Shown: positions 41,169 to 56,443, counted from the first letter of the stretch. The stretch: DNA of 64,000 bases from Escherichia coli (GCF_048403405.1 NZ_CP183129.1); one strand, 5' to 3'. Notes: generated from the sequence alone by a model not told the origin. A program made the numbers and translations.

Positions 41169-42083
41169 ATGGCTGGTTTAAGGAATAATAACAACACACA
41201 GAATGCACAGTGGGCTGATTATGTGGGTGACATTCTTCGGGGGGCTCAACCGATAAACCAGCTAGTACCTCAGCACCCTTATCTTAACGACGTCCCACTC
41301 ATTGATGAATTAAGGCGTCAGAACACTCATCATGTTATTCTCTTGACACTTGATGTTGCAAAAAAAATACTCAGCTCAATAACATCATTTGATTACATTC
41401 ATTTTATCACTACACATCCTTCAGGTATAAAAGATACACTCGCTTGGTTAGTTAACGCGGGTAAATTAATGACTGAGTTTGATGGAAATGGGAAAATTAT
41501 ATTTAACTTTAATACCTTAAAGTATACAAAAGCAAGTTACTTTGAAATACTTGGAGAGAAATATATAAAAATTACAACATCCAGCCCCTGGCTTTTAGAA
41601 AAGCTCGGTAAATATATTTTCTCTTCACGAGCGCCTCAAGTTCTGGAACTCGCTATTGGCTGGCGAGGAGCTTTATCTGAATCAATAAAAGGAGTTAAGT
41701 TCTGTATCTGGTTTTCAGTAGCCTGGAGAACCATAGAATTTATTATGAGTTCAGAGCGAGATCTGGTTAATTTTCTTGGTGATTTTTCAATGGATGTGGC
41801 CAAAGCAGTGATTGCAGGCGGTGTTGCAACTGCTATTGGAAGCCTGGCTTCTTTTGCCTGTCTTAGTTTTGGCCTTCCAGTAATTCTTGTAGGAGGAGCA
41901 ATTTTACTTACAGGGATAGTGTGTACAGTTGTTTTAAATGAAATCGATGCTCAATACCATTTATCAGAAAAATTAAAAGATGCAATTAGAGATGGACTAA
42001 AACGGCAACAGGAACTTGATAAATGGAAAAGGGAAAACATGACTCCATTTATGTATGTTCTTAACACTTCCCCCGTGATATGA
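41169..42083 (+). CDS. Hypothetical membrane protein with C-terminal glycine-zipper helical hairpin; candidate Hcp2-dependent effector
   Basis: ORF 41154..42083; ATG 41169; C-terminal AKAVIAGGVATAIGSLASFACLSFGLPVILVGGAILLTGIVCTVVL; visibly AT-rich; 43 bp after hcp2. Confidence 0.45.
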   Translation: MAGLRNNNNTQNAQWADYVGDILRGAQPINQLVPQHPYLNDVPLIDELRRQNTHHVILLTLDVAKKILSSITSFDYIHFITTHPSGIKDTLAWLVNAGKLMTEFDGNGKIIFNFNTLKYTKASYFEILGEKYIKITTSSPWLLEKLGKYIFSSRAPQVLELAIGWRGALSESIKGVKFCIWFSVAWRTIEFIMSSERDLVNFLGDFSMDVAKAVIAGGVATAIGSLASFACLSFGLPVILVGGAILLTGIVCTVVLNEIDAQYHLSEKLKDAIRDGLKRQQELDKWKRENMTPFMYVLNTSPVI

Positions 42084-42247
42084 GGATTAACTATGCGTTT
42101 ACATGTTAAATTGAAAGAGTTTTTTTCGATGTTTTTTATAGCCATATTATTTTTCCCTGCATTCAATGCTTCTTTATTTTTTACCGGAATTAGGTGATGC
42201 TGCCAACTTACTGATTTAGTGTATGATGGTGTTTTTGAGGTGCTCCA

Positions 42248-42523
42248 GTGGCTTCTGTTTCTATCAGCTGTCCCTCCTGTTCAGCTACTGACGGGGTGGT
42301 GCGTAACGGCAAAAGCACCGCCGGACATCAGCGCTATCTCTGCTCTCACTGCCGTAAAACATGGCAACTGCAGTTCACTTACACCGCTTCTCAACCCGGT
42401 ACGCACCAGAAAATCATTGATATGGCCATGAATGGCGTTGGATGCCGGGCAACCGCCCGCATTATGGGCGTTGGCCTCAACACGATTTTCCGCCATTTAA
42501 AAAACTCAGGCCGCAGTCGGTAA
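42248..42523 (+). CDS. insA: IS1 InsA
   Basis: 91 aa [30 protein letters not shown]... Confidence 0.95.
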   Translation: MASVSISCPSCSATDGVVRNGKSTAGHQRYLCSHCRKTWQLQFTYTASQPGTHQKIIDMAMNGVGCRATARIMGVGLNTIFRHLKNSGRSR

Positions 42524-42945
42524 CCTCGCGCATACAGCCGGGCAGTGACGTCATCGTCTGCGCGGAAATGGACGAACAGTGGGGATACGTCGGGGCTAAA
42601 TCGCGCCAGCGCTGGCTGTTTTACGCGTATGACAGGCTCCGGAAGACGGTTGTTGCGCACGTATTCGGTGAACGCACTCTGGCCACACTGGAGCGTCTTC
42701 TAAGCCTGCTGTCGGCCTTTGAGGTCGTGGTATGGATGACGGATGGCTGGCCGCTGTATGAATCCCGCCTGAAGGGAAAGCTGCACGTAATCAGCAAGCG
42801 TTACACTCAGCGAATTGAGCGGCATAACCTGAATCTGAGACAACATCTGGCAAGGCTGGGACGGAAGTCACTGTCGTTCTCAAAATCGGTGGAGCTGCAT
42901 GACAAGGTCATCGGGCATTATCTGAACATAAAACACTATCAGTAA
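42442..42945 (+). CDS. insB: IS1 InsB (expressed as InsAB' by -1 frameshift)
   Basis: 167 aa ORF overlapping insA 3' end in the -1 frame. Confidence 0.9.
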   Translation: MPGNRPHYGRWPQHDFPPFKKLRPQSVTSRIQPGSDVIVCAEMDEQWGYVGAKSRQRWLFYAYDRLRKTVVAHVFGERTLATLERLLSLLSAFEVVVWMTDGWPLYESRLKGKLHVISKRYTQRIERHNLNLRQHLARLGRKSLSFSKSVELHDKVIGHYLNIKHYQ

Positions 42946-43450
42946 GTTGGAGTCATTACCCGGAATTAAACCTCTATATTCAATAATAAAAGGCTCCACG
43001 GAAATATTTTATGATTGGAGAATGTTGATTCTATGCTTCGGTTTCATATCGTTTTCCTTGTTAAATATTCATGTAATTTTACTAACAATAATAAAATCAT
43101 TCTTAATAAAAAAAACAAAGGTAATCAATTTCGCCACAGACATAACAATACAGCTAACTCTTATATTTTTACTAATAGCTATCGTAATAGCACCTTTAAT
43201 AGCTCCTTTTGTCACAGGATATGTCAATGCTAATTGTCACCCCTGCGGTAATAACACGGGGATTTTCCCAGGAGCAATCTATATTAAAAATGGCATAAAA
43301 TGTAATAATGAACATATTTCTCGCAAGGAAGATTAAGCAGTTAAATAATTAAATATTCTAAAACAAACAGTTTTTAACGCCGGATTCCATGTCCTTTCTT
43401 GCACTGTCTTTGTCAGGAACAATTTCTTATGCAAAGAATTTTGTATTATT

Positions 43451-43472
43451 GCCGCCAGAAATTCCTGGCGGC
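43451..43472. terminator. Hairpin between convergent membrane-protein gene and yafT
   Basis: gccgccag-aaattc-ctggcggc perfect inverted repeat in A/T-rich context. Confidence 0.5.
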
Positions 43473-43484
43473 AGATATAATTTA

Positions 43485-44270
43485 TTATTGATAGCGGTTA
43501 ACCAAATCTTTTACCATCGCTTTATAGGTCTTTTGCTTAAGTTGTATGATTTGCTGCTCTGTCATATCAGTCGTACTGGCTTCATTCTTGCCGGGAAATG
43601 GTGGAAGCACTTTATATTCATAATTCACCGGCGACCAGGCAGCCCACTCACCTGTAGCTACATCCACCAGCGTGAATCGCACCAGATAGCGCAGTGAGAT
43701 TGTGTTAGTCAGTTTTTCATTTTTATAATCGGACCATACTGTTGATTTCAGTGCAGTGTCATATTTTCCTGTCTGCAACGTATCCTGGTAAACAATAATC
43801 GCTTTCTGATGGCCTTTTGCCGCCACAAAACGTAATGCCTGCATCCAGTTCATATTTTCAGCACTGGCAACATCCTCGTTCTCATTTTTATCTTTGTTTT
43901 TGTTACAAGTCAGAGGCTTTTGTCTGTCCGGGATACCAGAGAATGTGGAAACAGTATAATATTTTCGCATCTCCTCCTGCATAATGGTTTCCGGTGCGCG
44001 ACTGCCAGACTGGACAAGTATTACGGGAGAATTGAGAGGCACACGAAACTCATCTCCTTCAAGCGCAGCCTGAATATCCTCCTCGGATACAGCCAGAGTG
44101 GTTTCATTACCGAATAAATCTTTGTCTGTCAGTTGCGGGGGAATGTTTTTATTAATATTACTTTGTGTAACTTGAACTTTTTTCTTTTTTTCATCAATAG
44201 AAGATTGAGAGGCACATCCTGCAAGCAGCGAGAATAATACACATATGCAACAAACCTTTTTTGAATTCAT
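43485..44270 (-). CDS. yafT: Lipoprotein YafT
   Basis: 261 aa with lipobox (LLAGC); position adjacent to aspV as I recall for K-12. Confidence 0.75.
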   Translation of the reverse strand: MNSKKVCCICVLFSLLAGCASQSSIDEKKKKVQVTQSNINKNIPPQLTDKDLFGNETTLAVSEEDIQAALEGDEFRVPLNSPVILVQSGSRAPETIMQEEMRKYYTVSTFSGIPDRQKPLTCNKNKDKNENEDVASAENMNWMQALRFVAAKGHQKAIIVYQDTLQTGKYDTALKSTVWSDYKNEKLTNTISLRYLVRFTLVDVATGEWAAWSPVNYEYKVLPPFPGKNEASTTDMTEQQIIQLKQKTYKAMVKDLVNRYQ

Positions 44271-44531
44271 AATCGGACACTCCCTCGCCTGTCATAATGA
44301 TTAGAATATTTAGCACTGATAACGGACTCTAATTATATACCCCACTTAAATAATAACAAACAAAATCAACATGAAATATACATTCATTTAATCAATATAA
44401 AATTATTCACTAAAAATATATTTAAGTTGAATGGTTCGATATCATTATTGAATTTTAATAAATGAGACAACAAGCGAGAGTTACGCACTTACGCCAGAGT
44501 AAAATCATTGAACAGAGAAATATCGTGATTT

Positions 44532-44568
44532 AAATGCAAAAAAACCGCAAAATTAAAAATTTTGCGGT
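44532..44568 (-). terminator. Intrinsic terminator downstream of aspV
   Basis: accgcaaaatt / aattttgcggt stem followed on the minus strand by TTTTTTGCATTT. Confidence 0.6.
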
Positions 44569-44596
44569 TCTCTGAACTCATTTTCATGAGTGAATT

Positions 44597-44673
44597 TGGC
44601 GGAACGGACGGGACTCGAACCCGCGACCCCCTGCGTGACAGGCAGGTATTCTAACCGACTGAACTACCGCTCC
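44597..44673 (-). tRNA. aspV: tRNA-Asp (GTC)
   Basis: Reverse complement is GGAGCGGTAGTTCAGTCGGTTAGAATACCTGCCTGTCACGCAGGGGGTCGCGGGTTCGAGTCCCGTCCGTTCCGCCA. Confidence 0.97.
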
Positions 44674-44805
44674 GCGTTGTGTTCCGTTGGGAACGAGGCG
44701 AATATTACGGATTGCCTCACCCTTCGTCAACGGTTTTTCTCATCTTTTGAATCGTTTGCTGCAAAAATCGCCCAAGTCGCTATTTTTAGCGCCTTTTACA
44801 GGTAT

Positions 44806-45537
44806 TTATGCCCGCCAGAGGCAGCTTCCGCCCTTTTTCTGCACCAGATCGAGACGGGCTTCATGTGCCGCAAGCTCTTCATCTGTCGCAAAAACAACGC
44901 GTAACTTACTTGCCTGACGCACAATGCGCTGAATTGTTGTTTCACCTTGTTGCTGTTGTGTCTCTCCTTCCATCGCAAAAGCCATCGACGTTTGACCACC
45001 AGTCATCGCCAGATAAACTTCCGCAAGGATCTGGGCATCGAGTAATGCCCCGTGCAACGTTCGTTTACTGTTATCTATTTCGTAGCGGGCACATAACGCA
45101 TCGAGGCTGTTGCGCTTACCGGGAAACATTCTCCTCGCCACCGCAAGGCTATCGGTGACCTTACAGAAGGTATTGGTCTTCGGAATATCGCGCTTAAGCA
45201 ACGAAAACTCGTAGTCCATAAAGCCGATATCGAACGCTGCGTTATGGATCACCAACTCCGCGCCGCGAATATAGTCCATGAACTCATCGGCTACTTCGGC
45301 AAACGTGGGCTTATCGAGCAAAAATTCATCGGCAATACCATGTACGCCAAAGGCTTCCGGATCCACCAGCCGATCGGGTTTGAGATAAACATGGAAGTTA
45401 TTGCCCGTCAGGCGACGGTTCACCACTTCAACGGCACCAATCTCAATGATCTTGTGGCCTTCATAGTGCGCGCCAATCTGGTTCATACCGGTGGTTTCGG
45501 TATCGAGAACGATCTGGCGTGTAATTGCAGTGCTCAT
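44806..45537 (-). CDS. dnaQ: DNA polymerase III epsilon subunit (3'-5' proofreading exonuclease)
   Basis: ORF 44806..45546; start at [19 protein letters not shown] (ATG 45535-45537), 243 aa. Confidence 0.9.
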
Positions 45538-45601
45538 AGCGGTCATTTATGTCAGACTTATCGTTTTACAGTTCGATTCAATTACAGGAAGTCTACCAGA
45601 G

Positions 45602-46069
45602 ATGCTTAAACAGGTAGAAATTTTCACCGATGGTTCGTGTCTGGGTAATCCAGGACCTGGGGGTTACGGCGCTATTTTACGCTATCGCGGACGCGAGAAA
45701 ACCTTTAGCGCAGGCTACACCCGCACCACCAACAACCGTATGGAGTTGATGGCCGCTATTGTCGCGCTGGAGGCGTTAAAAGAACATTGCGAAGTCATTT
45801 TGAGTACCGACAGCCAGTATGTCCGCCAGGGTATCACCCAGTGGATCCATAACTGGAAAAAACGTGGCTGGAAAACCGCAGACAAAAAACCAGTAAAAAA
45901 TGTCGATCTCTGGCAACGTCTTGATGCTGCGCTGGGGCAGCATCAAATCAAATGGGAATGGGTTAAAGGCCATGCCGGTCATCCAGAAAACGAACGTTGC
46001 GATGAACTGGCTCGTGCCGCAGCGATGAATCCCACACTGGAAGATACGGGCTATCAAGTCGAAGTTTAA
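45602..46069 (+). CDS. rnhA: Ribonuclease HI
   Basis: ORF 45491..46069; start at [21 protein letters not shown] (ATG 45602), 155 aa; divergent from dnaQ. Confidence 0.9.
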
Positions 46070-46791
46070 GCCTGTGGTTTACGACATTGCCGGGTGGCTC
46101 CAACCGCCTGGCGAATTCGTGGCTTGTTTTTACTCTGTTTCATCGGATTTAGCGTTAAAGGAATAGTCCGTTTCCGGGCGACAATAAGTTGTAAGCAACC
46201 AAGCGCAGGAATATGCGCATTCAATAGTTTTCCACCGTGTTTGTTCCACGGGAGAACGTGGAAACGGCTGGCGTGTAGCACTTCAAAATTCAACAAAGAG
46301 AGCCAGTCCAGCTGCCGCATCAGAGTAAACATCCGGCTATTATAGGGCGAGGTTTTGCGCAATACCGGCACAAGTTTTCGTAATCCCATTAAACTGATGG
46401 GATTGAAGCCACTAATCACCAGCCAGCCATCATCAATCAATACCCGATCGGCTTCACGCAATAAACGATGCGGATCGGTGCACCATGGCAATGTATGTGC
46501 CAGTAGACAAACATCAACGGATTTATCGGCAAAAGGAAGATGAAGTGGGTCCGCCTGCACCTGGACGGGCAGTCCTTGCGCAGAAACATTCACTTGATGA
46601 GAAACCGCGCACGCTTCGCAATTGATTTCTGCGCTTAAATTGCCAATCTTAAGCAGATGAAAACCATACATTTTAGTGAACCACGGGTTGAGCTGGCGCT
46701 CCAGCGCCTTGCGATAAAGCTCTCCCCAGGGCAAATCGCCCCAGCAATCAGGAGCCACGACAGTTTGAGGGACTCTTGCCGGTTTCATCAC
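46066..46791 (-). CDS. yafS: SAM-dependent methyltransferase YafS
   Basis: 241 aa [22 protein letters not shown]... Confidence 0.8.
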
Positions 46792-46818
46792 AACCTTCCG
46801 TTTCGCACTGAGAGGTAA

Positions 46819-47577
<759 letters not shown>

Positions 47578-47648
47578 TAAAACTTTCTTGTCATCGGCTC
47601 CGTTCGCCGTTATGATCGGTCGTCTTTTAAGCAACTATTGACACACAC

Positions 47649-49007
47649 ATGAAGGCAAAAGCGATATTACTCGCCTCTGTCCTGCTCGTGGGTTGCCAGA
47701 GTACCGGCAACGTTCAACAGCACGCACAGAGCCTTTCTGCAGCTGGTCAAGGGGAAGCAGCAAAGTTTACAAGTCAGGCACGATGGATGGACGATGGGAC
47801 GTCTATCGCGCCAGATGGTGACTTGTGGGCTTTCATTGGCGACGAGCTAAAGATGGGAATTCCGGAAAATGACCGGATTCGCGAACAGAAACAGAAATAT
47901 TTACGCAATAAGAGCTATCTCCACGATGTAACTTTACGGGCAGAGCCGTATATGTACTGGATAGCCGGGCAAGTTAAAAAACGTAACATGCCTATGGAAC
48001 TGGTACTACTACCCATAGTGGAGAGCGCTTTTGATCCTCACGCAACGTCTGGCGCCAATGCCGCAGGCATCTGGCAGATCATTCCGAGCACGGGGCGCAA
48101 TTATGGTTTGAAACAGACCCGCAATTATGACGCGCGTCGCGATGTTGTTGCTTCAACAACTGCCGCGCTGAACATGATGCAGCGTCTGAACAAAATGTTT
48201 GACGGCGACTGGCTTCTGACCGTAGCGGCTTATAACAGCGGCGAAGGTCGGGTCATGAAGGCAATTAAAACGAACAAAGCGCGTGGGAAATCCACGGACT
48301 TCTGGTCGTTACCGTTGCCGCAAGAAACGAAGCAGTACGTGCCTAAAATGCTGGCATTGAGTGATATTCTCAAAAACAGCAAGCGTTATGGCGTACGTCT
48401 GCCAACGACCGATGAAAGCCGTGCTCTGGCGCGTGTGCACCTGAGCAGCCCGGTTGAAATGGCGAAGGTTGCAGATATGGCGGGGATTTCCGTCAGCAAG
48501 CTGAAGACATTCAACGCTGGCGTGAAAGGCTCCACGCTGGGCGCAAGTGGTCCGCAGTACGTGATGGTGCCAAAGAAGCATGCAGATCAACTGCGTGAAT
48601 CTCTGGCTTCGGGCGAAATTGCTGCTGTACAGTCGACGCTGGTTGCCGACAATACGCCGCTTAACAGCCGTGTTTACACCGTACGCTCTGGCGACACGCT
48701 TTCAAGCATCGCTTCACGTCTCGGCGTAAGCACCAAAGATTTGCAGCAGTGGAACAAACTGCGCGGCTCTAAGCTGAAACCAGGCCAAAGTCTGACGATT
48801 GGCGCAGGTAGTAGCGCACAGCGGTTGGCAAACAACAGCGATAGCATTACTTATCGTGTGCGCAAAGGCGATTCGCTTTCAAGCATTGCTAAACGCCACG
48901 GCGTGAACATCAAAGATGTGATGCGCTGGAACAGCGATACTGCGAATCTGCAACCAGGCGATAAGCTGACGTTGTTTGTGAAAAACAACAACATGCCAGA
49001 TTCCTGA
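47649..49007 (+). CDS. mltD: Membrane-bound lytic murein transglycosylase D (LysM repeats)
   Basis: 452 aa lipoprotein (LLVGCQS); SLT domain and two C-terminal LysM-like repeats (YTVRSGDTLSSIASRLGV / YRVRKGDSLSSIAKRHGV). Confidence 0.9.
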   Translation: MKAKAILLASVLLVGCQSTGNVQQHAQSLSAAGQGEAAKFTSQARWMDDGTSIAPDGDLWAFIGDELKMGIPENDRIREQKQKYLRNKSYLHDVTLRAEPYMYWIAGQVKKRNMPMELVLLPIVESAFDPHATSGANAAGIWQIIPSTGRNYGLKQTRNYDARRDVVASTTAALNMMQRLNKMFDGDWLLTVAAYNSGEGRVMKAIKTNKARGKSTDFWSLPLPQETKQYVPKMLALSDILKNSKRYGVRLPTTDESRALARVHLSSPVEMAKVADMAGISVSKLKTFNAGVKGSTLGASGPQYVMVPKKHADQLRESLASGEIAAVQSTLVADNTPLNSRVYTVRSGDTLSSIASRLGVSTKDLQQWNKLRGSKLKPGQSLTIGAGSSAQRLANNSDSITYRVRKGDSLSSIAKRHGVNIKDVMRWNSDTANLQPGDKLTLFVKNNNMPDS

Positions 49008-49024
49008 CAAACCAGATAATGAAA

Positions 49025-49053
49025 GGCACCGATTCCCCCGGTGCCATTTTTTA
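49025..49053 (+). terminator. Rho-independent terminator after mltD
   Basis: ggcaccgattcccccggtgcc hairpin followed by attttttatt. Confidence 0.65.
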
Positions 49054-49054
49054 T

Positions 49055-49825
49055 TTATGCTGCTTTATGTGCTTCTACCATGATGATATCACTGGTGAAA
49101 GAGCCATCATTCTGCAAGGCAAAATACGTTTTCACCTCTGTCGATGCGCTCTGTTGGTAAATGCGAATAGCGTCTACTAACGCTTCTGGCGTACGCATTC
49201 TCGCGACCCATGAAGAAAATTCCAGCGGTAACTTATCTGTAATTAAATTATCAACTATCAGATTGGCTTCATTGATTAACGTCAACCACTCACCGCTGGC
49301 GTAGTTTCGTACGTGAGAGGTATCGCGTAATGCTTCTACCGTCTGTAACCAGATGTCGCGCACTGGATGACCCGGAGACATTACGTCCATCACAATCAGC
49401 CTACCGCCGGGTTTCAATACCCGATTCACTTCACGCAGTGCTGCACCAACATCATGCCAGTGATGGGCAGAATAACGGCTGATAACAATATCAAATGCGT
49501 TATCGGCAAATGGCAGACTTTCGACATAACCCTGGCGGGTGGTGATATTTTTCAGTTGCCGGGCTTCGGCAGCTTGTGCCACGACATCCAGCATGTGGGC
49601 AGATAAGTCATACGCCACCACCGCGCTCACGTTCTGCGCAGCGACAAAGCTGGCATGCCCTGCTCCGCAGCCCATATCAAGTACACTTGCATCAGGATAA
49701 TCAGCCAGACGCACCGCCAGGCGCTGTAAATCCCGTCCGGATGCATGTACGGTACTAGTCAGATATTCGCTAGCTTGAGAGCTAAACTGCTTTTCTACGT
49801 GGTCATGGTGGGATTGTGTTGTCAT
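49055..49825 (-). CDS. yafE: SAM-dependent methyltransferase YafE
   Basis: 256 aa ORF with methyltransferase motif I (VLDMGCGAGH). Confidence 0.8.
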   Translation of the reverse strand: MTTQSHHDHVEKQFSSQASEYLTSTVHASGRDLQRLAVRLADYPDASVLDMGCGAGHASFVAAQNVSAVVAYDLSAHMLDVVAQAAEARQLKNITTRQGYVESLPFADNAFDIVISRYSAHHWHDVGAALREVNRVLKPGGRLIVMDVMSPGHPVRDIWLQTVEALRDTSHVRNYASGEWLTLINEANLIVDNLITDKLPLEFSSWVARMRTPEALVDAIRIYQQSASTEVKTYFALQNDGSFTSDIIMVEAHKAA

Positions 49826-49902
49826 TGCGCTGTCCTTTTGTTGTTTGAGTATAAAAGGGCAGCGCCAAACGTTGGTCTGCCCTGTGGCAGACCTGACATA
49901 CC

Positions 49903-50754
<852 letters not shown>

Positions 50755-50943
50755 CTACTGTTATAGGGATTTTAGCTCACTCTTTCAACGAGCAATTGTA
50801 TATTGTTATGTAAGCAAGTGCTTACACCGGTCAGAATTTTGCTCATTATCGAGAACATTAAATCGGATGACATATCACGCATCCTGATGGTTTAATGACA
50901 AATAAATTCAAAATATCTCTTCTATTTTGCAATAGGAGCAAAA

Positions 50944-51858
50944 ATGAAAGCCACGTCGGAAGAACTCGCCATTTTTGTTTCGGTCGTCGAAAGCGGCAGC
51001 TTTAGCCGGGCAGCGGAACAATTAGGGCAAGCAAACTCAGCGGTAAGCCGGGCGGTGAAAAAGCTGGAGATGAAACTTGGCGTTAGCCTGCTTAATCGGA
51101 CCACGCGACAACTTAGCCTGACGGAAGAAGGCGAGCGTTATTTTCGTCGCGTACAGTCAATTTTGCAGGAGATGGCAGCGGCAGAATCAGAAATTATGGA
51201 GACGCGTAATACACCGCGTGGACTGTTACGGATCGATGCCGCAACTCCAGTGGTGCTGCACTTTCTGATGCCGTTGATTAAGCCTTTTCGTGAACGCTAT
51301 CCGGAAGTCACTTTATCACTAGTCTCCTCCGAAACGATTATTAATTTGATCGAAAGAAAAGTGGATGTCGCGATACGCGCCGGTACGTTAACGGATTCCA
51401 GCTTACGTGCCAGGCCGTTATTTAACAGTTATCGAAAAATTATAGCCTCCCCCGATTATATTTCCCGCTATGGGAAGCCAGAAACGATCAACGATTTAAA
51501 GCAACATGTTTGCCTGGGATTCACTGAACCCGCTTCCCTCAATACCTGGCCGATAGCCTGTAGCGATGGACAATTACATGAGGTGAAGTACGGTTTGTCA
51601 TCCAATAGTGGGGAAACACTGAAACAGCTTTGCCTGAGTGGCAACGGGATTGCGTGTTTGTCCGACTACATGATCGACAGAGAAATCGCTCGCGGAGAAT
51701 TGGTGGAGTTAATGGCAGATAAAGTGTTGCCAGTGGAAATGCCATTCAGTGCAGTCTATTACAGCGACCGTGCGGTAAGTACGCGCATCCGGGCTTTTAT
51801 CGATTTCCTTAGCGAGCATGTAAAAACAGCTCCCGGAGGAGCTGTCAGAGAGGCTTAA
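50944..51858 (+). CDS. yafC: LysR-family transcriptional regulator YafC
   Basis: 304 aa, N-terminal HTH ([23 protein letters not shown]). Confidence 0.85.
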   Translation: MKATSEELAIFVSVVESGSFSRAAEQLGQANSAVSRAVKKLEMKLGVSLLNRTTRQLSLTEEGERYFRRVQSILQEMAAAESEIMETRNTPRGLLRIDAATPVVLHFLMPLIKPFRERYPEVTLSLVSSETIINLIERKVDVAIRAGTLTDSSLRARPLFNSYRKIIASPDYISRYGKPETINDLKQHVCLGFTEPASLNTWPIACSDGQLHEVKYGLSSNSGETLKQLCLSGNGIACLSDYMIDREIARGELVELMADKVLPVEMPFSAVYYSDRAVSTRIRAFIDFLSEHVKTAPGGAVREA

Positions 51859-52658
51859 TCCCATTCAGGAGCCAGACCTTCCGGGCTAACCAGGCGGTCG
51901 TTGCAATCCAGTGCGGCGATCGCTTTTTTATCTTCGGCATCAAGCTGTAAATTTTGTGCCTTAAGATTACTCTCCAGGTTTTCACGTTTAGTAGAAGAAG
52001 GAATTACGGAGCAACCTTCCCCCATAGCCCACGCCAGAATCACTTGAGCCGGAGTCGCATTGTGTTTAGTTGCGATACGAGCAATAACCTCATCTTTCAG
52101 GGCCTTCCCATAAGCCAGCGTCATATAGGAAGTAATATGGATGCCGTGCTGTTTAGCCCAAGCGACCACTTTACGGTTTTGCAGATAAGGAGAGAGTTCA
52201 ATCTGGTTAGTAGCGATGTTTTCAGCGCCAACAGCAGCAATCGCTTTTTCCATCAATGGGATCGTGAAGTTGGAAATACCGATCTCACGCGTCAGCCCTT
52301 GTTTTTTCGCTTCCAGCAGCGCCTGCATAAACTCTTCAACAGAGACTTCATCGTTTGGTGACGGCCAGTGGATTAGCGTCAGATCTACATAATCGGTACG
52401 CAATTTTTGCAGGCTTTCTTTCAGGCTTGGGATCAATTTAGCTTTGTTGAGATTTTCAATCCAGATTTTAGTGGTGATGTAGAGTTCATGACGCGGCACG
52501 CCACTTTCTGCAATCGCCTGACCTACTGCGGCTTCGTTATCATAGATTTGTGCGGTATCAATTGCGCGATAACCAAGTTCTAGCGCCGTTTTCACAGATG
52601 AAATAACAACGTCGTCTTTCAGACGGAAAGTACCTAAACCAAATGCAGGGATAGCCAT
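51855..52658 (-). CDS. dkgB: 2,5-diketo-D-gluconate reductase B (aldo-keto reductase)
   Basis: 267 aa [39 protein letters not shown]... Confidence 0.9.
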   Translation of the reverse strand: MAIPAFGLGTFRLKDDVVISSVKTALELGYRAIDTAQIYDNEAAVGQAIAESGVPRHELYITTKIWIENLNKAKLIPSLKESLQKLRTDYVDLTLIHWPSPNDEVSVEEFMQALLEAKKQGLTREIGISNFTIPLMEKAIAAVGAENIATNQIELSPYLQNRKVVAWAKQHGIHITSYMTLAYGKALKDEVIARIATKHNATPAQVILAWAMGEGCSVIPSSTKRENLESNLKAQNLQLDAEDKKAIAALDCNDRLVSPEGLAPEWD

Positions 52659-52820
52659 AATATGCCTCTTTTAATGCTATTTTCGTTAACTGAGGTGATT
52701 ATGGGCTTTAGAATGTTGCGGAAAAAGGGCGTAAAACGCAGAGGATTTTTGCGATTTAAGCAATAATAGAAATATAGACGAAAAAAAACCTCGAGCGTTA
52801 ACTCGAGGCTTCTTAATAAG

Positions 52821-52897
52821 TGGCGGAACGGACGGGACTCGAACCCGCGACCCCCTGCGTGACAGGCAGGTATTCTAACCGACTGAACTACCGCTCC
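52821..52897 (-). tRNA. aspU: tRNA-Asp (GTC), distal tRNA of the rrnH operon
   Basis: Sequence identical to aspV copy; lies just downstream of the 5S rRNA. Confidence 0.95.
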
Positions 52898-52949
52898 ACC
52901 GAATTCTTTTACAACCACCGGTTTTATGACCGGCTTACTGCTTAATTTG

Positions 52950-53069
52950 ATGCCTGGCAGTTCCCTACTCTCGCATGGGGAGACCCCACACTACCATCGG
53001 CGCTACGGCGTTTCACTTCTGAGTTCGGCATGGGGTCAGGTGGGACCACCGCGCTAAGGCCGCCAGGCA
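52950..53069 (-). rRNA. rrfH: 5S ribosomal RNA
   Basis: Reverse complement matches E. coli 5S (TGCCTGGCGGCC...GGGAACTGCCAGGCAT). Confidence 0.95.
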
Positions 53070-53163
53070 AATTCTGTTTTATTAACCCGCTTACCGCCGG
53101 TTAATTTAATCTGTATCAGGCTGAAAATCTTTCTCTCATCCGCCAAAACATCTTCGGCGTTGT

Positions 53164-56065
<2,902 letters not shown>

Positions 56066-56248
56066 TCACAACCCGAAGATGTTTCTTTCGATTCATCATC
56101 GTGTTGCGAAAATTTGAGAGACTCACGAACAACTTTCGTTGTTCAGTGTTTCAATTTTCAGCTTGATCCAGATTTTTAAAGAGCAAAACTTCGCAGTGAA
56201 CCTTTGCAGGTACACTCTGAAGTATTTTTTATTTAATCACTACAGAGA

Positions 56249-56324
56249 TGGTGGAGCTATGCGGGATCGAACCGCAGACCTCCTGCGTGCAAAGCAGGCG
56301 CTCTCCCAGCTGAGCTATAGCCCC
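56249..56324 (-). tRNA. alaV: tRNA-Ala (TGC), spacer tRNA
   Basis: Reverse complement GGGGCTATAGCTCAGCTGGGAGAGCGCCTGCTTTGCACGCAGGAGGTCTGCGGTTCGATCCCGCATAGCTCCACCA. Confidence 0.97.
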
Positions 56325-56366
56325 ATAACATGTAGTTAAAACCTCTTCAAATTTGCGGTGCAAATT

Positions 56367-56443
<77 letters not shown>

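Larger units (their letters stand above)
42193..42960 (+). mobile_element. IS1 insertion sequence, complete (768 bp) with 8-bp target-site duplication cggaatta
   Basis: Ends ggtgatgctgccaac ... gttggagtcattacc; identical flanks cggaatta at 42185..42192 and 42961..42968. Confidence 0.95.
42093..43336 (+). pseudogene. Small polytopic membrane protein gene (~155 aa when restored) interrupted by IS1 after codon 33; candidate immunity gene
   Basis: 42093..42192 (MRLHVKLKEFFSMFFIAILFFPAFNASLFFTGI) and 42969..43336 join in frame once IS1 and one target-duplication copy are removed; reconstructed product is highly hydrophobic. Confidence 0.6.

Noticed and set aside
44271-44673. Prophage or integrative element at the aspV tRNA
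   Set aside because: No integrase, excisionase or phage structural genes anywhere in the island, and no direct repeat of the tRNA 3' end at the yafV side; the only mobility genes are IS1 and the H-rpt and IS256 remnants.
44590-44917. Plus-strand ORFs overlapping aspV and the dnaQ 3' region
   Set aside because: One overlaps the tRNA-Asp gene and the other is antisense to dnaQ; no RBS or motifs.
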